Assembly (NCBI GenBank): GCA_963747605.1
Contig: CAVVGA010000012.1
Location: 119,471 to 183,470 of the forward strand
Origin: an uncultured Acidobacteriota bacterium
Lineage (GTDB): Bacteria; Acidobacteriota; Terriglobia; Acidiferrales; UBA7541
Direction: 5' to 3'
DNA length: 64,000 nt
Shown piece by piece: positions 47,901-57,058 of this stretch. Below the pieces are notes generated by a model. It saw only the letters and a list, made by a program, of their open reading frames with translations. It was not told where the DNA came from and did not search any database. The translations under genes and the position numbers were made by a program. How positions within the stretch are numbered: position 1 is the stretch's first letter; the number at the start of each line of letters is the position of its first letter.

Positions 47901-48633
47901 AGCTGACCGGCTTGCCGAGTTTTTCCGACGTCATGTGCTGGAAGCGATCGAAGTGCAGTTTGGCTTCGGCGGTTTTGCCGCTGCGTTGGAGGGCTTGGGC
48001 CATGCCGAACTCGGCAGAAACCTGGAAGGGATTTAGTTCGAGCGCGCGCTGGAATGCGGCGATGGCTTTACCGTACTGCTGTTGCTGCGAATAGATGAGC
48101 CCGAGGAAATATTGGGTGTCGGCATCGTAGGGATCGAGGGCAGCCACTTTCTGGAAATCGACGATGGCGGCATCAGCGTCGCCTCCGGCTTTTTCCATCA
48201 GGCCGAGGTTGAACCAGACCCAGGGATTGTGCGGGTCGCGCTGCGCGGATTTTTGAAGGAGTGCGCGGGCTTCGTCGAAGCGCTGCATGTTAAGGAAGGC
48301 GATGCCGGCGTTGAGGCAGCCGACGTCGGTTTGGGGGTCGAGGATGCAGGCGCGCTGGAATTTGCCGAGGGCCTTTTCGAATTGCTGGCGATTCATGAGG
48401 GAGACGCCGAAATTGTTTTCTCTTATGACGTTGGCGCGGGGGTTAGCGGCGGGTTCTTGCGCGGTGGAATCGTCGTCGGTTTTTGCGGCGGCGGGATGCG
48501 GGCGCGCGTGTTTTTGTGGCTGAGCTGGTTGCTGCGGCTGCGTGGGTTGCTGCTGTTGTTGCTCTTGGCTGGCTGCGATGAGGGTGCAGGTGAAGATCGC
48601 CAGGAAAATTATTGCGCGGGTGAAGCGGGTCAT
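44941..48633 (-). CDS. large secreted TPR + FG-GAP/VCBS repeat + ASPIC/UnbV-domain protein (CRTAC1-like)
   Basis: Intact 1230-aa ORF. It has a signal peptide and a Q/P-rich linker, then TPR units, then repeated DYDNDGKPDL / DFDHDGDLDL / DFNKDGWMDL / DYDDDGWMDL / DFDNDGATDL calcium-binding FG-GAP motifs. An ASPIC/UnbV-like block follows (NKSAIGTKVEMYAG...IRLLWPTG). Confidence 0.85.
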   Translation of the reverse strand: MTRFTRAIIFLAIFTCTLIAASQEQQQQQPTQPQQPAQPQKHARPHPAAAKTDDDSTAQEPAANPRANVIRENNFGVSLMNRQQFEKALGKFQRACILDPQTDVGCLNAGIAFLNMQRFDEARALLQKSAQRDPHNPWVWFNLGLMEKAGGDADAAIVDFQKVAALDPYDADTQYFLGLIYSQQQQYGKAIAAFQRALELNPFQVSAEFGMAQALQRSGKTAEAKLHFDRFQHMTSEKLGKPVSFIYGEQGKYSLAEILQPAPEPVPPAMPVHFVNVTQAANLPASAAVRIRATQVHASADTTPSVAGSATLSMRKARTAKLAAPTAGSSLAQFLGSGACIIDYKGDGKPDIFLVDADGGGNSALYKNIGSGKFVNVTHEAHLDIHGQGMACAVGDYDNDGKPDLAVTMNGRVILFHNEGNGRFKDVSKDAGIDTEAQEGAVALGLTFIDFDHDGDLDLYVTRCNDFALVNPAKAFAFPTDATAPGNVLWRNNGNGTFTNWTTETALAGTAPSVGAIASDINNDRAIDFVVTNWQKAPVVYLNPREGAFQSTTPWSSDMPAPTAGVVALDFNKDGWMDLAFTHWGAPGLSLWRNNAGKSFERVNLPDLDWMRGWGVAPIDYDDDGWMDLVAVGEDFSGAGHIVLLRNEGAAGFRDVTASTGLDKIALKNPRSIIAFDFDNDGATDLLITQNNLPPILLKNDGGNRYNWLRIAFKGENDNKSAIGTKVEMYAGALQQKWEVPGASGYLGQGPAPIVAGLGAERQADVIRLLWPTGVLQDELEIPAHKEELITEIDRRGSSCPIVFVWNGEKFEFLADMIGPGIVGHWTGPNQRNIPNPAEYFKVTGSLAQPQEGRLRFKMLEPMEELDYLDQARLLAIDHPIDVEVYPNEHFASELPFPQFKVIASRDAHLPAGAWDDHSRNILPFLREQDHKYVTNFPLAPYAGFAEMHWIELDLGDWDSSRPLRLLMDGFTDYFSASSMYAAWQAGITPVPPYVEVQDGSGQWVKVVDDMGFPAGLYRTMVADLTGKIPPGARFIRISTNLRVYWDRIRVDNSPEDTEFKLTEVPLAEAKLQFRGYPRVVEGNPKNDLSYVYEEVSATGPYARQIGNYTRYGDVTDLMKKTDDEYVIFGSGDEVSVDFDSTHLPDIPNGWTRDYFLYANGFAKDMDFYAAHGDTVTPLPFHTNVPYPYLDGVAYPEDPQHLDYMLNYNTRGVAGPANETFRFNYAKPEK

Positions 48634-48728
48634 TACTCTCCCTTTCTGAGTGCGTGGGACATTCTACCGCGTCGGGGGCGGTTTGGCTTCCGTGCTGGAT
48701 CATTTTCGAGTGGTGGGGATGTAAATTC

Positions 48729-48846
48729 GGGCACGGCATGCCGTGCCCCTAGGACGCCGAGATTTTGCGACGGTTGTCGAGCTTCGATCGCTGGCTGCCG
48801 CCACGGCGATGGCGCACTGCAATGCGCCGCTACGAAGTCAAAATCG
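48729..48846 (+). repeat. two REP-like hairpins with CTAGGA/GCTACGA tails
   Basis: GGGCACGGCATGCCGTGCCC-CTAGGACG (48729..48756) and GGCGCACTGCAATGCGCC-GCTACGAAGTCAAAATCG (48811..48846). Confidence 0.5.
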
Positions 48847-48917
48847 TGTGGCGCGTGGGGCGACGGGGTGCGTGCTAGACTGGCGGGCGCGTTGGCGTGA
48901 TTTTTATTGAGTTCACT

Positions 48918-50351
48918 ATGAATGAATTGAATTTTCTTTCGGCTGTGGAGATGGCTGAGCAGGTTCGGGCGCGGACTGTTTCGCCCGTGGAGCTTGTCGA
49001 TGCGCATCTGGCGCGGATCGCGGAATTGAATGGCGGCCGCGAATCGAAGCTGAATGCGTTTGTACATATGGATGTGGATGGGGCGCGCGCGCAAGCGAAG
49101 ATTGCGGAGGCCGCGGTTAGGTCGGGCTCACGTGCTGATTCGTTGGGTGCGCTGCATGGCGTGCCGATTTCGGTGAAGAGTGCGCTGGAAGTGGCGGGGT
49201 GGCCTTGCGAGTGTGGGAGCCGTTTGCGGAAGGGTTACATTCCTTCCGAGGACGCGACGTTGGTTGCGCGGCTGCGAGCAGCTGGGGCAATTTTGCTTGG
49301 CAATACGAATGTGCCGGAATTTTTGATGGCTTATGAGACGGACAATGCGCTTTACGGGCGGACGAATAGCCCTTGGGATTTGGAGCGGACACCCGGCGGA
49401 TCGAGCGGAGGGGAAGCGGCGGCGATTGCTGCGGGGTGTTCGGCGGGAGGTGTAGGGAGCGACGGCGGCGGCTCGATACGAATTCCCGCACATTTTTCGG
49501 GGATTTGCGGATTGAAGCCAACGCCAGGGCGGGTGCCTTCGTCGGGACATTATCCTATGTCGGCGGGGCCGTTTTCGCAGTTGGGAGTGGTGGGGCCGAT
49601 GGCGCGAACGGTGGCGGACGTGGCGCGATTATTTGCGGTGATGGCTGGATGGGATATTGGGGATCCCGCGTCGGCGCCGGTGCCGCTGCGAGTGTGGAGC
49701 GAGGAGGAAATTCTGAAGCTGCGTGTGGCTTATTTTGAGGACGACGGCGTGACTGCGGTGACTCCGGAAACTGCGGCGGCGGTGCGCGCGGCAGCGGAGG
49801 CGTTGCGCGCGCAGGGATTTCATGTGGAGGCTTGGCGGCCGCAGAATTTGGATCGTGTGTGGCAACTTTGGTGGAATTTATTTGGACGCGCGGTGCAGAT
49901 GGCTTTTGCTGCAACTGTCGAGGGGCGCGAGGCTGAACTGAGTCCGATGTATCGGGCGTGGCGTGAGCGTGTGGCGCTGGAGCCGGCTATGGATGGGCGG
50001 GAGTGGTTGAATACGTTGGTGGGGCGCGATGCTTTGCGCGAAAGATTGCTGCGGCAGATGGAGACGTTTCCGATTTTGCTGTGCCCGGCTTGCGCTGTGG
50101 CGGCGTTTCGTCATGGAGAGCGGGAATGGATGGTGCAGGGGCGCAAGGCGGAATATTTGAAGGTGATGAGTTATTCGCAGTGGTTTAATTTGCTGGGGAA
50201 CCCGGCGGCGGTGGTGCCGGTGGGGCGTTCGCCGGAGGGTTTGCCGATTGGGGTGCAGATCGTTGGTAGGCCTTGGGAGGATGAGGCTGTGCTGGCGGTG
50301 GCGGCGAAGATGGAGGCGGCGAGCGGTGGGTTCAGACGTCCTCCGCTGTAG
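48918..50351 (+). CDS. amidase (amidase-signature family)
   Basis: The likely start is the ATG at 48918 (MNELNFLSAVEMAEQV). GGSSGGEAAAIAAG and GSDGGGSIRIPA are the amidase signature. The ORF track gives 48897..50351. Confidence 0.85.
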   Translation: MNELNFLSAVEMAEQVRARTVSPVELVDAHLARIAELNGGRESKLNAFVHMDVDGARAQAKIAEAAVRSGSRADSLGALHGVPISVKSALEVAGWPCECGSRLRKGYIPSEDATLVARLRAAGAILLGNTNVPEFLMAYETDNALYGRTNSPWDLERTPGGSSGGEAAAIAAGCSAGGVGSDGGGSIRIPAHFSGICGLKPTPGRVPSSGHYPMSAGPFSQLGVVGPMARTVADVARLFAVMAGWDIGDPASAPVPLRVWSEEEILKLRVAYFEDDGVTAVTPETAAAVRAAAEALRAQGFHVEAWRPQNLDRVWQLWWNLFGRAVQMAFAATVEGREAELSPMYRAWRERVALEPAMDGREWLNTLVGRDALRERLLRQMETFPILLCPACAVAAFRHGEREWMVQGRKAEYLKVMSYSQWFNLLGNPAAVVPVGRSPEGLPIGVQIVGRPWEDEAVLAVAAKMEAASGGFRRPPL

Positions 50352-50398
50352 TGATGGTGATGCTGTTTCGAGCGGCCAAAAAATTTATTGGCGTTTCG

Positions 50399-51379
50399 CT
50401 ATCCCGCGGTGTTGGCGCGGGCGATTAGTAGGATTGCTAGGAAGTAGAAGACGAACATGAGCGCCAGGAAGGCCATGGCGCGTTTATTGGCGCCGGCGAA
50501 TTCTTTCCAGACGAAGATGCCCCAGAGGGCGGCGACCATGGGAGCGGATTGTCCGATGGAGTAGGAGATGGCGACGCCGGTGTAGTTGGCGGCGACAAGA
50601 TTGAAGACGGTGCCGGTGGTCCATATGGCGCCGCCGAGTAGGCCGAGGACGTGGCCATTGACGGGGCCGCGGAAGTAACCGCTGAATGCGACGGGCTCGC
50701 CCACCAGCGGTTTCTTCATGAAATACAAATTCCACCCGAGACAGGAAAGCAGCGCGCCGCCGGTGAGGAATACCGCGATGCTGTAGGGACCGAGCGTATT
50801 TCCGTGCGTGAGGGCGCGGGTGGAAAAGGGCGCCCAGAGTCCCATCAGCACGCCGGAGATTACGCAGACGATGATGCTTTTGCGCGACGTTTCTTTGTTG
50901 GCGCCGAGTTCGCCGTAGGCTTTGCCGTCCAGGATCACGGCGACTACGGCGCAGAGGACGCCGGCGCCGAGCATCATGACGTTGCCGCGTTGCTGCTGCA
51001 CGAAGCTGAGGACGGTGCCGACAACCAGGGCAATGCCGATCGCTACGGGGAAGGCGATGGCTAGGCCGGCCATGTCAATCGCGGCGACGAGCAGGAGGTT
51101 TGCGAGATTGAAAATTATTCCGGCCAGGAGAGCCCAGCCGATATTGGAGAGGTCGGCGGAGCGGACATTATTAAGGAAGCTGGCGGGGCCGTTCGTGGTG
51201 GAGCCCATGGTGAGCGCGTACACCAGCGCGGCGAGGAAAATTCCGATGGCGTAGTCCCAGTAGAAAAGTTCGAAGCGATAATTTTTTACGCCTTTGTAGG
51301 TGTTGGCCCAGGAGCCCCAACAGGCGGCAGTGACGAACATCATTAATAGGGCGGTGCCGAAGGTTGTTGGTGTGAACAT
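50399..51379 (-). CDS. GRP-family (DMT superfamily) sugar transporter
   Basis: 326 aa with about 10 helices. CWGSWANTYKGVKNYRFELFYWDY matches the N-terminal block I recall from glucose/ribose porter proteins. Confidence 0.7.
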   Translation of the reverse strand: MFTPTTFGTALLMMFVTAACWGSWANTYKGVKNYRFELFYWDYAIGIFLAALVYALTMGSTTNGPASFLNNVRSADLSNIGWALLAGIIFNLANLLLVAAIDMAGLAIAFPVAIGIALVVGTVLSFVQQQRGNVMMLGAGVLCAVVAVILDGKAYGELGANKETSRKSIIVCVISGVLMGLWAPFSTRALTHGNTLGPYSIAVFLTGGALLSCLGWNLYFMKKPLVGEPVAFSGYFRGPVNGHVLGLLGGAIWTTGTVFNLVAANYTGVAISYSIGQSAPMVAALWGIFVWKEFAGANKRAMAFLALMFVFYFLAILLIARANTAG

Positions 51380-51470
51380 TGTGGTCCTTTATTCGGATGC
51401 GATTGAAAAACGCGCCGGTAAAACGGCAACGTCACAATCAACGGCAAGGATGCCCGCCTAAAAAGCAGAC

Positions 51471-51497
51471 GGCCGCTACAAATTCAACTGCAAAGGC
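51471..51497 (+). repeat. partial REP-like element (tail plus spacer only)
   Basis: GGCCGCTACAAATTCAACTGCAAAGGC resembles the 3' part of the composites at 6303 and 23689. Confidence 0.35.
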
Positions 51498-51509
51498 CCG
51501 TCGCGACCG

Positions 51510-52490
51510 CTAAAATGCGGCGGCGCCTTTTGGGCTTTGTTGCTTAATCAGCGCTATTACTTCATCGGGTTTGGCCATAGCGCGAGCGCCGATTTTTGTG
51601 CAGCAGAGCGCGGCGCAGGCGTTTGCGAACAGGCCTACTTTCTGGCAATCCCAACCTTGCAGCAGAGCGTACGAAAGACCGCCCATGAAGGCGTCGCCCG
51701 CGCCGGTGGTGTCCACTACGTCCACCTTGAAGGCGGGAACTTTGGCGACTTCCTTGGGAGTGGCGATGAGGCAGCCATCGGCGCCCAGAGTGATGGCGAC
51801 CACTGTGGGGCCCATGCGCAGCAGCGCGGTGGCGACTTTTTCGTAATCGCCTTCGCCGGTTAATTCGCGGGCGGCGGCTTTGCAGGGTTTCAGCACGTCC
51901 ACGAGGCGCAGGGCGCTGCAGAGCTCGGCCTGTGTGCCTAGCTCGGACTCGGCGAAAAAGCTGGGTGAAACGTCCAGGTCGAAAATCACGCGGACTTTGG
52001 CGTCGTGCGCTACTTGCATCGCTTCTTTTACGGGAGCGATGGGGAGCTGCGACGCTTCGGTATGGAAATGCTTGGCGGCTTGGATATGTGGCGCGAAGCG
52101 ATGCAGGACTTGATATACCGTAATTTTTCCGGTGACGTTGGGGAACATATAGATGCAGCGCTCGCCGGCAACGTCCACGGGAATCCAGGTGAGCGCAGAG
52201 TATTCACCTTTCACAACTTCGATGCCGGAGAGGTCCATATGATCTTCGCTGAAAGCTTTCTGGATGATGCGGCCGTTCTCGTCGTCGCCGATGAGGCCCA
52301 GCCAGCCGGTGCTGACGCCGAGGCGGGCGACTTGCGTCAGATTATTCGCGGTGACGCCGCCGGCGTGGATTTCCATGCGCGTGGCGTTGATTTTTTCTTC
52401 GGGGCCGAGCAGGCGGGGCACGATGGCGAAATAATCCACGGTGCAGCTGCCGATTCCAACTACGTCTACCTTGGCTGTGGCGTCTGGCAT
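51510..52490 (-). CDS. PfkB-family carbohydrate/nucleoside kinase
   Basis: 326 aa with VVGIGSCTVDY, GGVTANN and DTTGAGDAFMGG. Confidence 0.8.
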   Translation of the reverse strand: MPDATAKVDVVGIGSCTVDYFAIVPRLLGPEEKINATRMEIHAGGVTANNLTQVARLGVSTGWLGLIGDDENGRIIQKAFSEDHMDLSGIEVVKGEYSALTWIPVDVAGERCIYMFPNVTGKITVYQVLHRFAPHIQAAKHFHTEASQLPIAPVKEAMQVAHDAKVRVIFDLDVSPSFFAESELGTQAELCSALRLVDVLKPCKAAARELTGEGDYEKVATALLRMGPTVVAITLGADGCLIATPKEVAKVPAFKVDVVDTTGAGDAFMGGLSYALLQGWDCQKVGLFANACAALCCTKIGARAMAKPDEVIALIKQQSPKGAAAF

Positions 52491-52504
52491 GGATTCGATT
52501 CCTG

Positions 52505-53623
52505 CTACTTGGTTGCCGCTGAATGCGCGGCGGGTGGCAGCGCCATCAGGTCAACAAACATTTTGTAGAATTTTTCTTTGTTTAGGTCTTCGGGGACAAT
52601 GACTCGCTGCTCGCCCAGGCCGGGTTGCGCTCCTTCGGTCCAGACCAGGACGTTGCCGTAGCCCGCCGTGTGCGAAATGTCGATGTCCATGAAAAATTGG
52701 GTTTGCTCGCTGACCACGGTGGGATCGAGCCATCCGGCGACCGCGAGTTCGTCCCACATGAATTCCTCGTCGGCATATTTCGCCAGGTATTGCGAAGCGG
52801 GACTGGGCGATTTTGCGATTTCGGCGATCAGTTCTTTGGTCATGCGAGTTTTTACGGAGATATCCACGGTTGTGACCGTAACCTTGTGCCACGGGGCGGT
52901 GAGGACCATGTGCACGGATTCGGGATCCCACCAGAAATTGAATTCGCGGCGATTTTCGGCAATCCAATCTTTGGGCACGATGGGAGCAATGCTGCCGCCC
53001 ATGACTACCAGTTCTTGCGCGAGCTCGGAAACTTGCGGATCGAGGCTGATGGCTAGTGCGATGTCCGTCAGGGGGCCGCCGGCGTAGATCGTAACCTCGT
53101 GCGGATATTTGTGAACCATGCGAATGATGAAATGCGCCGCGTCTTCTTTTTGTGCTTGCAGAGTGGGATTACCTTCGGCGAGATCGGGAACTTCGAAGGG
53201 CAGGTGATATTTTCCGCGCAGGCCATCGCCCAGATTCATGCCGGGGCGGTGGCCGTTCCATGCGCCTTGATAGTGGACTGTGCCGTAGAGTTTTTCCCAG
53301 CGTTCGATCATATCCATGCGATTGATCAGCGGGTAGACCGCGCCGGGGTAGACGGGAATGTCCTGGTGGCCGGTGAGTTCGAGCATGCGCAGAGTGTGGG
53401 CGACTTCTTCGTCGCGCCACATATCGCCGCTGACTACGGTGATGCCGAGAGTTTCGACGTTGGGAGATTGCAGGAACATGAGGATGGATTGCTGATCGGT
53501 GGTGGCGGCGCCGCGCGCGTCTTGGTCAATGATAACTTTTCGTTTCGATTGCGCGGTGGCTGAGGAGGCCAGCGCGACTAAAACGAAGGCGACGATGAAC
53601 GGCACGATTTTCTTCAGGCCCAT
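52505..53623 (-). CDS. secreted nucleoside hydrolase (IU-NH family)
   Basis: The likely start is at 53623 (MGLKKIVPFIVAFVLVALASSATAQ signal). VIIDQDARGAATTDQQS is the N-terminal Asp cluster of nucleoside hydrolases. The ORF track gives 52505..53719. Confidence 0.75.
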   Translation of the reverse strand: MGLKKIVPFIVAFVLVALASSATAQSKRKVIIDQDARGAATTDQQSILMFLQSPNVETLGITVVSGDMWRDEEVAHTLRMLELTGHQDIPVYPGAVYPLINRMDMIERWEKLYGTVHYQGAWNGHRPGMNLGDGLRGKYHLPFEVPDLAEGNPTLQAQKEDAAHFIIRMVHKYPHEVTIYAGGPLTDIALAISLDPQVSELAQELVVMGGSIAPIVPKDWIAENRREFNFWWDPESVHMVLTAPWHKVTVTTVDISVKTRMTKELIAEIAKSPSPASQYLAKYADEEFMWDELAVAGWLDPTVVSEQTQFFMDIDISHTAGYGNVLVWTEGAQPGLGEQRVIVPEDLNKEKFYKMFVDLMALPPAAHSAATK

Positions 53624-53830
53624 GGCGATGAATGATCCCCTTGTGGTGATTCGGCTGCTGATTAATTGCGGCTGGCTTCGCTTGGTTGCGTTCCGGCGGC
53701 AGGACACCTGTGGCACCATCGGAGCTTATAGTTCTCCGGCGAAGGGGAGTCAAGAGAAAACGGCATTTTTGCCTGTGCGGAGGGTTGCGCCGAAACCGGT
53801 CTCGTCAATAGCGGATGTTATAATCCGCGG

Positions 53831-55216
53831 ATGTTTGCTGCGTTCCGCAAAATGCTGGACTCTGTAGCGCTGCTGTTTACGGTGATTACGTTGCTGGGTG
53901 TGGGTCTGGCGGAGGACGGGTTGGTGTGTGTCGCGCAGACGCCTAGGCAGAGTGCGGAGGCGTGGATCCAGCAAGGTCACGCGGCCGCGTTGGCTGGGCA
54001 ACTTGCAGATGCGATTACCGATTATCAAGACGCGCTGCGAATTGCGCCGCGTAATCTGGATGCCGAAATTGGTTTGGCGCAGGCGTATCGCGGGGTGCGC
54101 AATTTTGATGCGGCCAAGCAGACGCTGGAAAAGGCGCGGCGCGAGCATCCGAAAAGCGCGGCGCCGCTGGCGATGCTGGGGGATCTGGATTTGGAGCTGC
54201 AGACTTACGACGCAGCGATTGCGCATTTGACCGCGGCGTTGGCGCTGGAGCCTGCGAACGTGGACGCGCGCAATCGGCTTGCGGTGGCGTACAAAGCGAA
54301 GGGGGGAGTGGCTGACAAGGCGGACGCGCTGCAGCAGCTCGCGAAAGTGCTGGCGCGCGATCCACAGAATGCGCTGGCGCTTTACACGCGGGCGCAAATT
54401 TATGCGGACCAGAACCGCGATGCGCTGGCGCTGCCGGATGCGGAGAAAGTTGTCGAGCTGCAACCGCAGAATTCGCGGGGGCGGGCGTTGCTCGGGAAGA
54501 TTCTGCTGCGCGCGCCTGCTGATGCTACATCGCAGGAAATTAAACAGCGTTGCGGGCAGGCGGTGCTGGCGCTAGAGCCGGTGGTGAATGTCGCGGGGGC
54601 AGCACCTTCGGTGGCGGCGGATTCCGAGACACTGTTTTTGCTGTCGCGGGCTTATCGTTGTGCGGGGCAGGATGAGAGGGCCGCCTCGACCTTGGAAGAA
54701 TTCGAGAAGTCGTCGCAGAACGATCGGACGACTAAGGAAAATCAGACGCAGGCGAAGCACCTGGTGCAGCAGGCGGACGAGCTGGCCATGAAAAACGATT
54801 TCGCGGGGTCGCTGGCGGTGTTGCAGCAGGCGATTGCGATGGACGCGACTTATCCGGCGGCTTACTCGCAACTGGCGAAGCTTTATTATTCGGCAGGTGA
54901 GATTGAGAAGGCTAGTGACGCTATTGCGCAGGCATTGCAGCGGGCGCCTTATCATCCGGAGTACCTCTACGTGCAGGGGAAAATTTTTGAGAAGCAGGGG
55001 AAAATGGATGACGCACTGGGCGCTTTTCAGCGGACCGTGCTGGTGAATCCGAAAGAGTCTGATGCTTATTTTGAGATGGGGACGATTTACCAGCAGCGCG
55101 GAGAGCGGGCTGAGGCGCGGGCCGCGTACGCAAAGGCCGTCGAGATTTCACCGGAGGATCCGGATTACAAGCGGGCGCTGGCAGGATTGAGCGGCGCAGC
55201 GCCGGCGACTCCCTGA
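53831..55216 (+). CDS. secreted TPR repeat protein
   Basis: 461 aa with an N-terminal hydrophobic segment and many TPR units (e.g. AAYSQLAKLYYSAGEIEKASDAIAQALQRAP). Confidence 0.8.
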   Translation: MFAAFRKMLDSVALLFTVITLLGVGLAEDGLVCVAQTPRQSAEAWIQQGHAAALAGQLADAITDYQDALRIAPRNLDAEIGLAQAYRGVRNFDAAKQTLEKARREHPKSAAPLAMLGDLDLELQTYDAAIAHLTAALALEPANVDARNRLAVAYKAKGGVADKADALQQLAKVLARDPQNALALYTRAQIYADQNRDALALPDAEKVVELQPQNSRGRALLGKILLRAPADATSQEIKQRCGQAVLALEPVVNVAGAAPSVAADSETLFLLSRAYRCAGQDERAASTLEEFEKSSQNDRTTKENQTQAKHLVQQADELAMKNDFAGSLAVLQQAIAMDATYPAAYSQLAKLYYSAGEIEKASDAIAQALQRAPYHPEYLYVQGKIFEKQGKMDDALGAFQRTVLVNPKESDAYFEMGTIYQQRGERAEARAAYAKAVEISPEDPDYKRALAGLSGAAPATP

Positions 55217-55282
55217 GCCTGGGATGGATGCGCCGAGCTTTCGACTGGCGGCGGTTTTAGTATCTGATAAAATCCAGCCCCT

Positions 55283-57058
55283 ATGCGAATTCACAAGAGC
55301 TTCTTTATTGCGGCTGTGGTTATCGCTGCTGGCGGCATAGTGGCCGGTGTTTCGCTTCACGCGCAAAAGTCTGATTCGGTTGCGGCGCGCGTGGCGGCAC
55401 AGAACGCCATCTTCGAGGAACAGTACGAATCGGATCTGCGGAATTTTCCGGAGCGCGCGACGGCGTTCGGGGATTATCGCTACAACGATCAACTTGATGA
55501 CTACTCGCTAGGCGCGATCGCGCAGCGGCACAAAACGAACGAAGCGTTTTTGGCGAGGCTCGAGGCTGTTCCCACCGCTGGCTTTCCGGATCAGGATCAG
55601 CTTTCGCACGACGTAATGGCGCGAGTGCTGCACCAGCGCATTGCGGATTTCAATTTGAAGGAATATGAGATGCCGGTGAACCAGATGAACGGCGTCCATA
55701 CCGAGCTGGCGGACCTGCCGCTTTCGGTGCCGCTGGATTCGCTGAAGCACTATGAGGATTATGTGGCGCGGCTGCGGCAGATTCCCGCCGCATTGGACCA
55801 CACCAGCGATGTGCTGCGCGCAGGAATGCGGGACAAGCTGATGCCGGTGCGCTTTCTGCTCGAGAAAATTCCCGTGCAATGCGAAGGGATTATCCAGGCG
55901 GATCCGTTTCTGCAGCCGACGAAGAAATATCCAGCGGACATTTCTGCGGAAGAGCAAAAGCGGCTGACGCAGGAGATCACGGACGCGATTCATAAGGATG
56001 TGATTCCGGCATATCGCACGTTTGCGGCTTTTGTGCGCACCGAGTATGCGCCGCAAGGGCGGACTTCGCTGGCCGTGACTTCGTTGCCGGACGGCGAGAA
56101 GCGCTACGAGAACGATATTTACGGGCGCACCACGACGCGAATGACGGCGGAAGAAATACATCAGCTGGGGTTGCGCGAGATCGACCGCATCGAAGGCGAG
56201 ATGACGGCGATTGCGAAAAAGGAAGGGTTCGCCGACCTGGCTGCGTTCCGCGCGTCGATCGCAAAAAATCCGAAATACATTCCGACCAGCGCGGAACAAA
56301 TTCTGGATGATTTCCGGCATTACATCGCCGAGATGGAGCCGAAGCTGCCGGAGCTTTTCACTTTGCTGCCAAAATCGCCGGTGACGGTGGAAGCGATTCC
56401 CGCTTTTCAGGCGGCCTCGGCGACGCATTACGTCACCGGAACGCCGGACGGGAAGCGGCCAGGGCGCGTGGTGGTGGCGACATCGGATTTTGCGAAGCGG
56501 TCGTTGGTGGGGGATGAGGCAATCGCTTACCACGAAGGAATTCCGGGACATCATTTGCAGCTTTCCGTGCAGCAACAGCTGACCGGGTTGCCGAAGTTCC
56601 GACTGCATGGATTGGGATTCAATGCGTACATCGAAGGATGGGCCTTGTACGCCGAGCAGTTGGGGAAGGAAGTGGGACTTTACCAGGATCCGGTATCTGA
56701 TTACGGGCGGCTGTCTTCGGAACTTTTTCGCGCGGTGCGTTTAGTGGTGGACACGGGCATTCACTCGAAGGGTTGGACGCGCGAGCAAGTAGTGGAATTT
56801 TTCCGGAAGTCTGGCGCGGTGGATGAGCCTACGATTCAGTCCGAGACCGATCGCTATATCGCCTGGCCGGCGCAGGCGCTTAGTTACAAATTGGGGCAGC
56901 TGCAGTTCCGTGAATTGCGCGAGCGGGCGCGGAGGGAATTGGGCGCGAAGTTCGACATACGGACTTTTCATGCGGAGATGATTAATGGTGGGACTCTGCC
57001 GCTGGATTTGCTGGAAGCACGGACTGCTAAGTGGATCACCGACCAGAGATCAAAGTGA
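55283..57058 (+). CDS. DUF885-family protein (secreted, metallopeptidase-like fold)
   Basis: 591 aa with a signal-like N-terminus. AYHEGIPGHHLQ and YIAWPAQALSYKLG blocks are as in DUF885 proteins. Confidence 0.8.
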   Translation: MRIHKSFFIAAVVIAAGGIVAGVSLHAQKSDSVAARVAAQNAIFEEQYESDLRNFPERATAFGDYRYNDQLDDYSLGAIAQRHKTNEAFLARLEAVPTAGFPDQDQLSHDVMARVLHQRIADFNLKEYEMPVNQMNGVHTELADLPLSVPLDSLKHYEDYVARLRQIPAALDHTSDVLRAGMRDKLMPVRFLLEKIPVQCEGIIQADPFLQPTKKYPADISAEEQKRLTQEITDAIHKDVIPAYRTFAAFVRTEYAPQGRTSLAVTSLPDGEKRYENDIYGRTTTRMTAEEIHQLGLREIDRIEGEMTAIAKKEGFADLAAFRASIAKNPKYIPTSAEQILDDFRHYIAEMEPKLPELFTLLPKSPVTVEAIPAFQAASATHYVTGTPDGKRPGRVVVATSDFAKRSLVGDEAIAYHEGIPGHHLQLSVQQQLTGLPKFRLHGLGFNAYIEGWALYAEQLGKEVGLYQDPVSDYGRLSSELFRAVRLVVDTGIHSKGWTREQVVEFFRKSGAVDEPTIQSETDRYIAWPAQALSYKLGQLQFRELRERARRELGAKFDIRTFHAEMINGGTLPLDLLEARTAKWITDQRSK

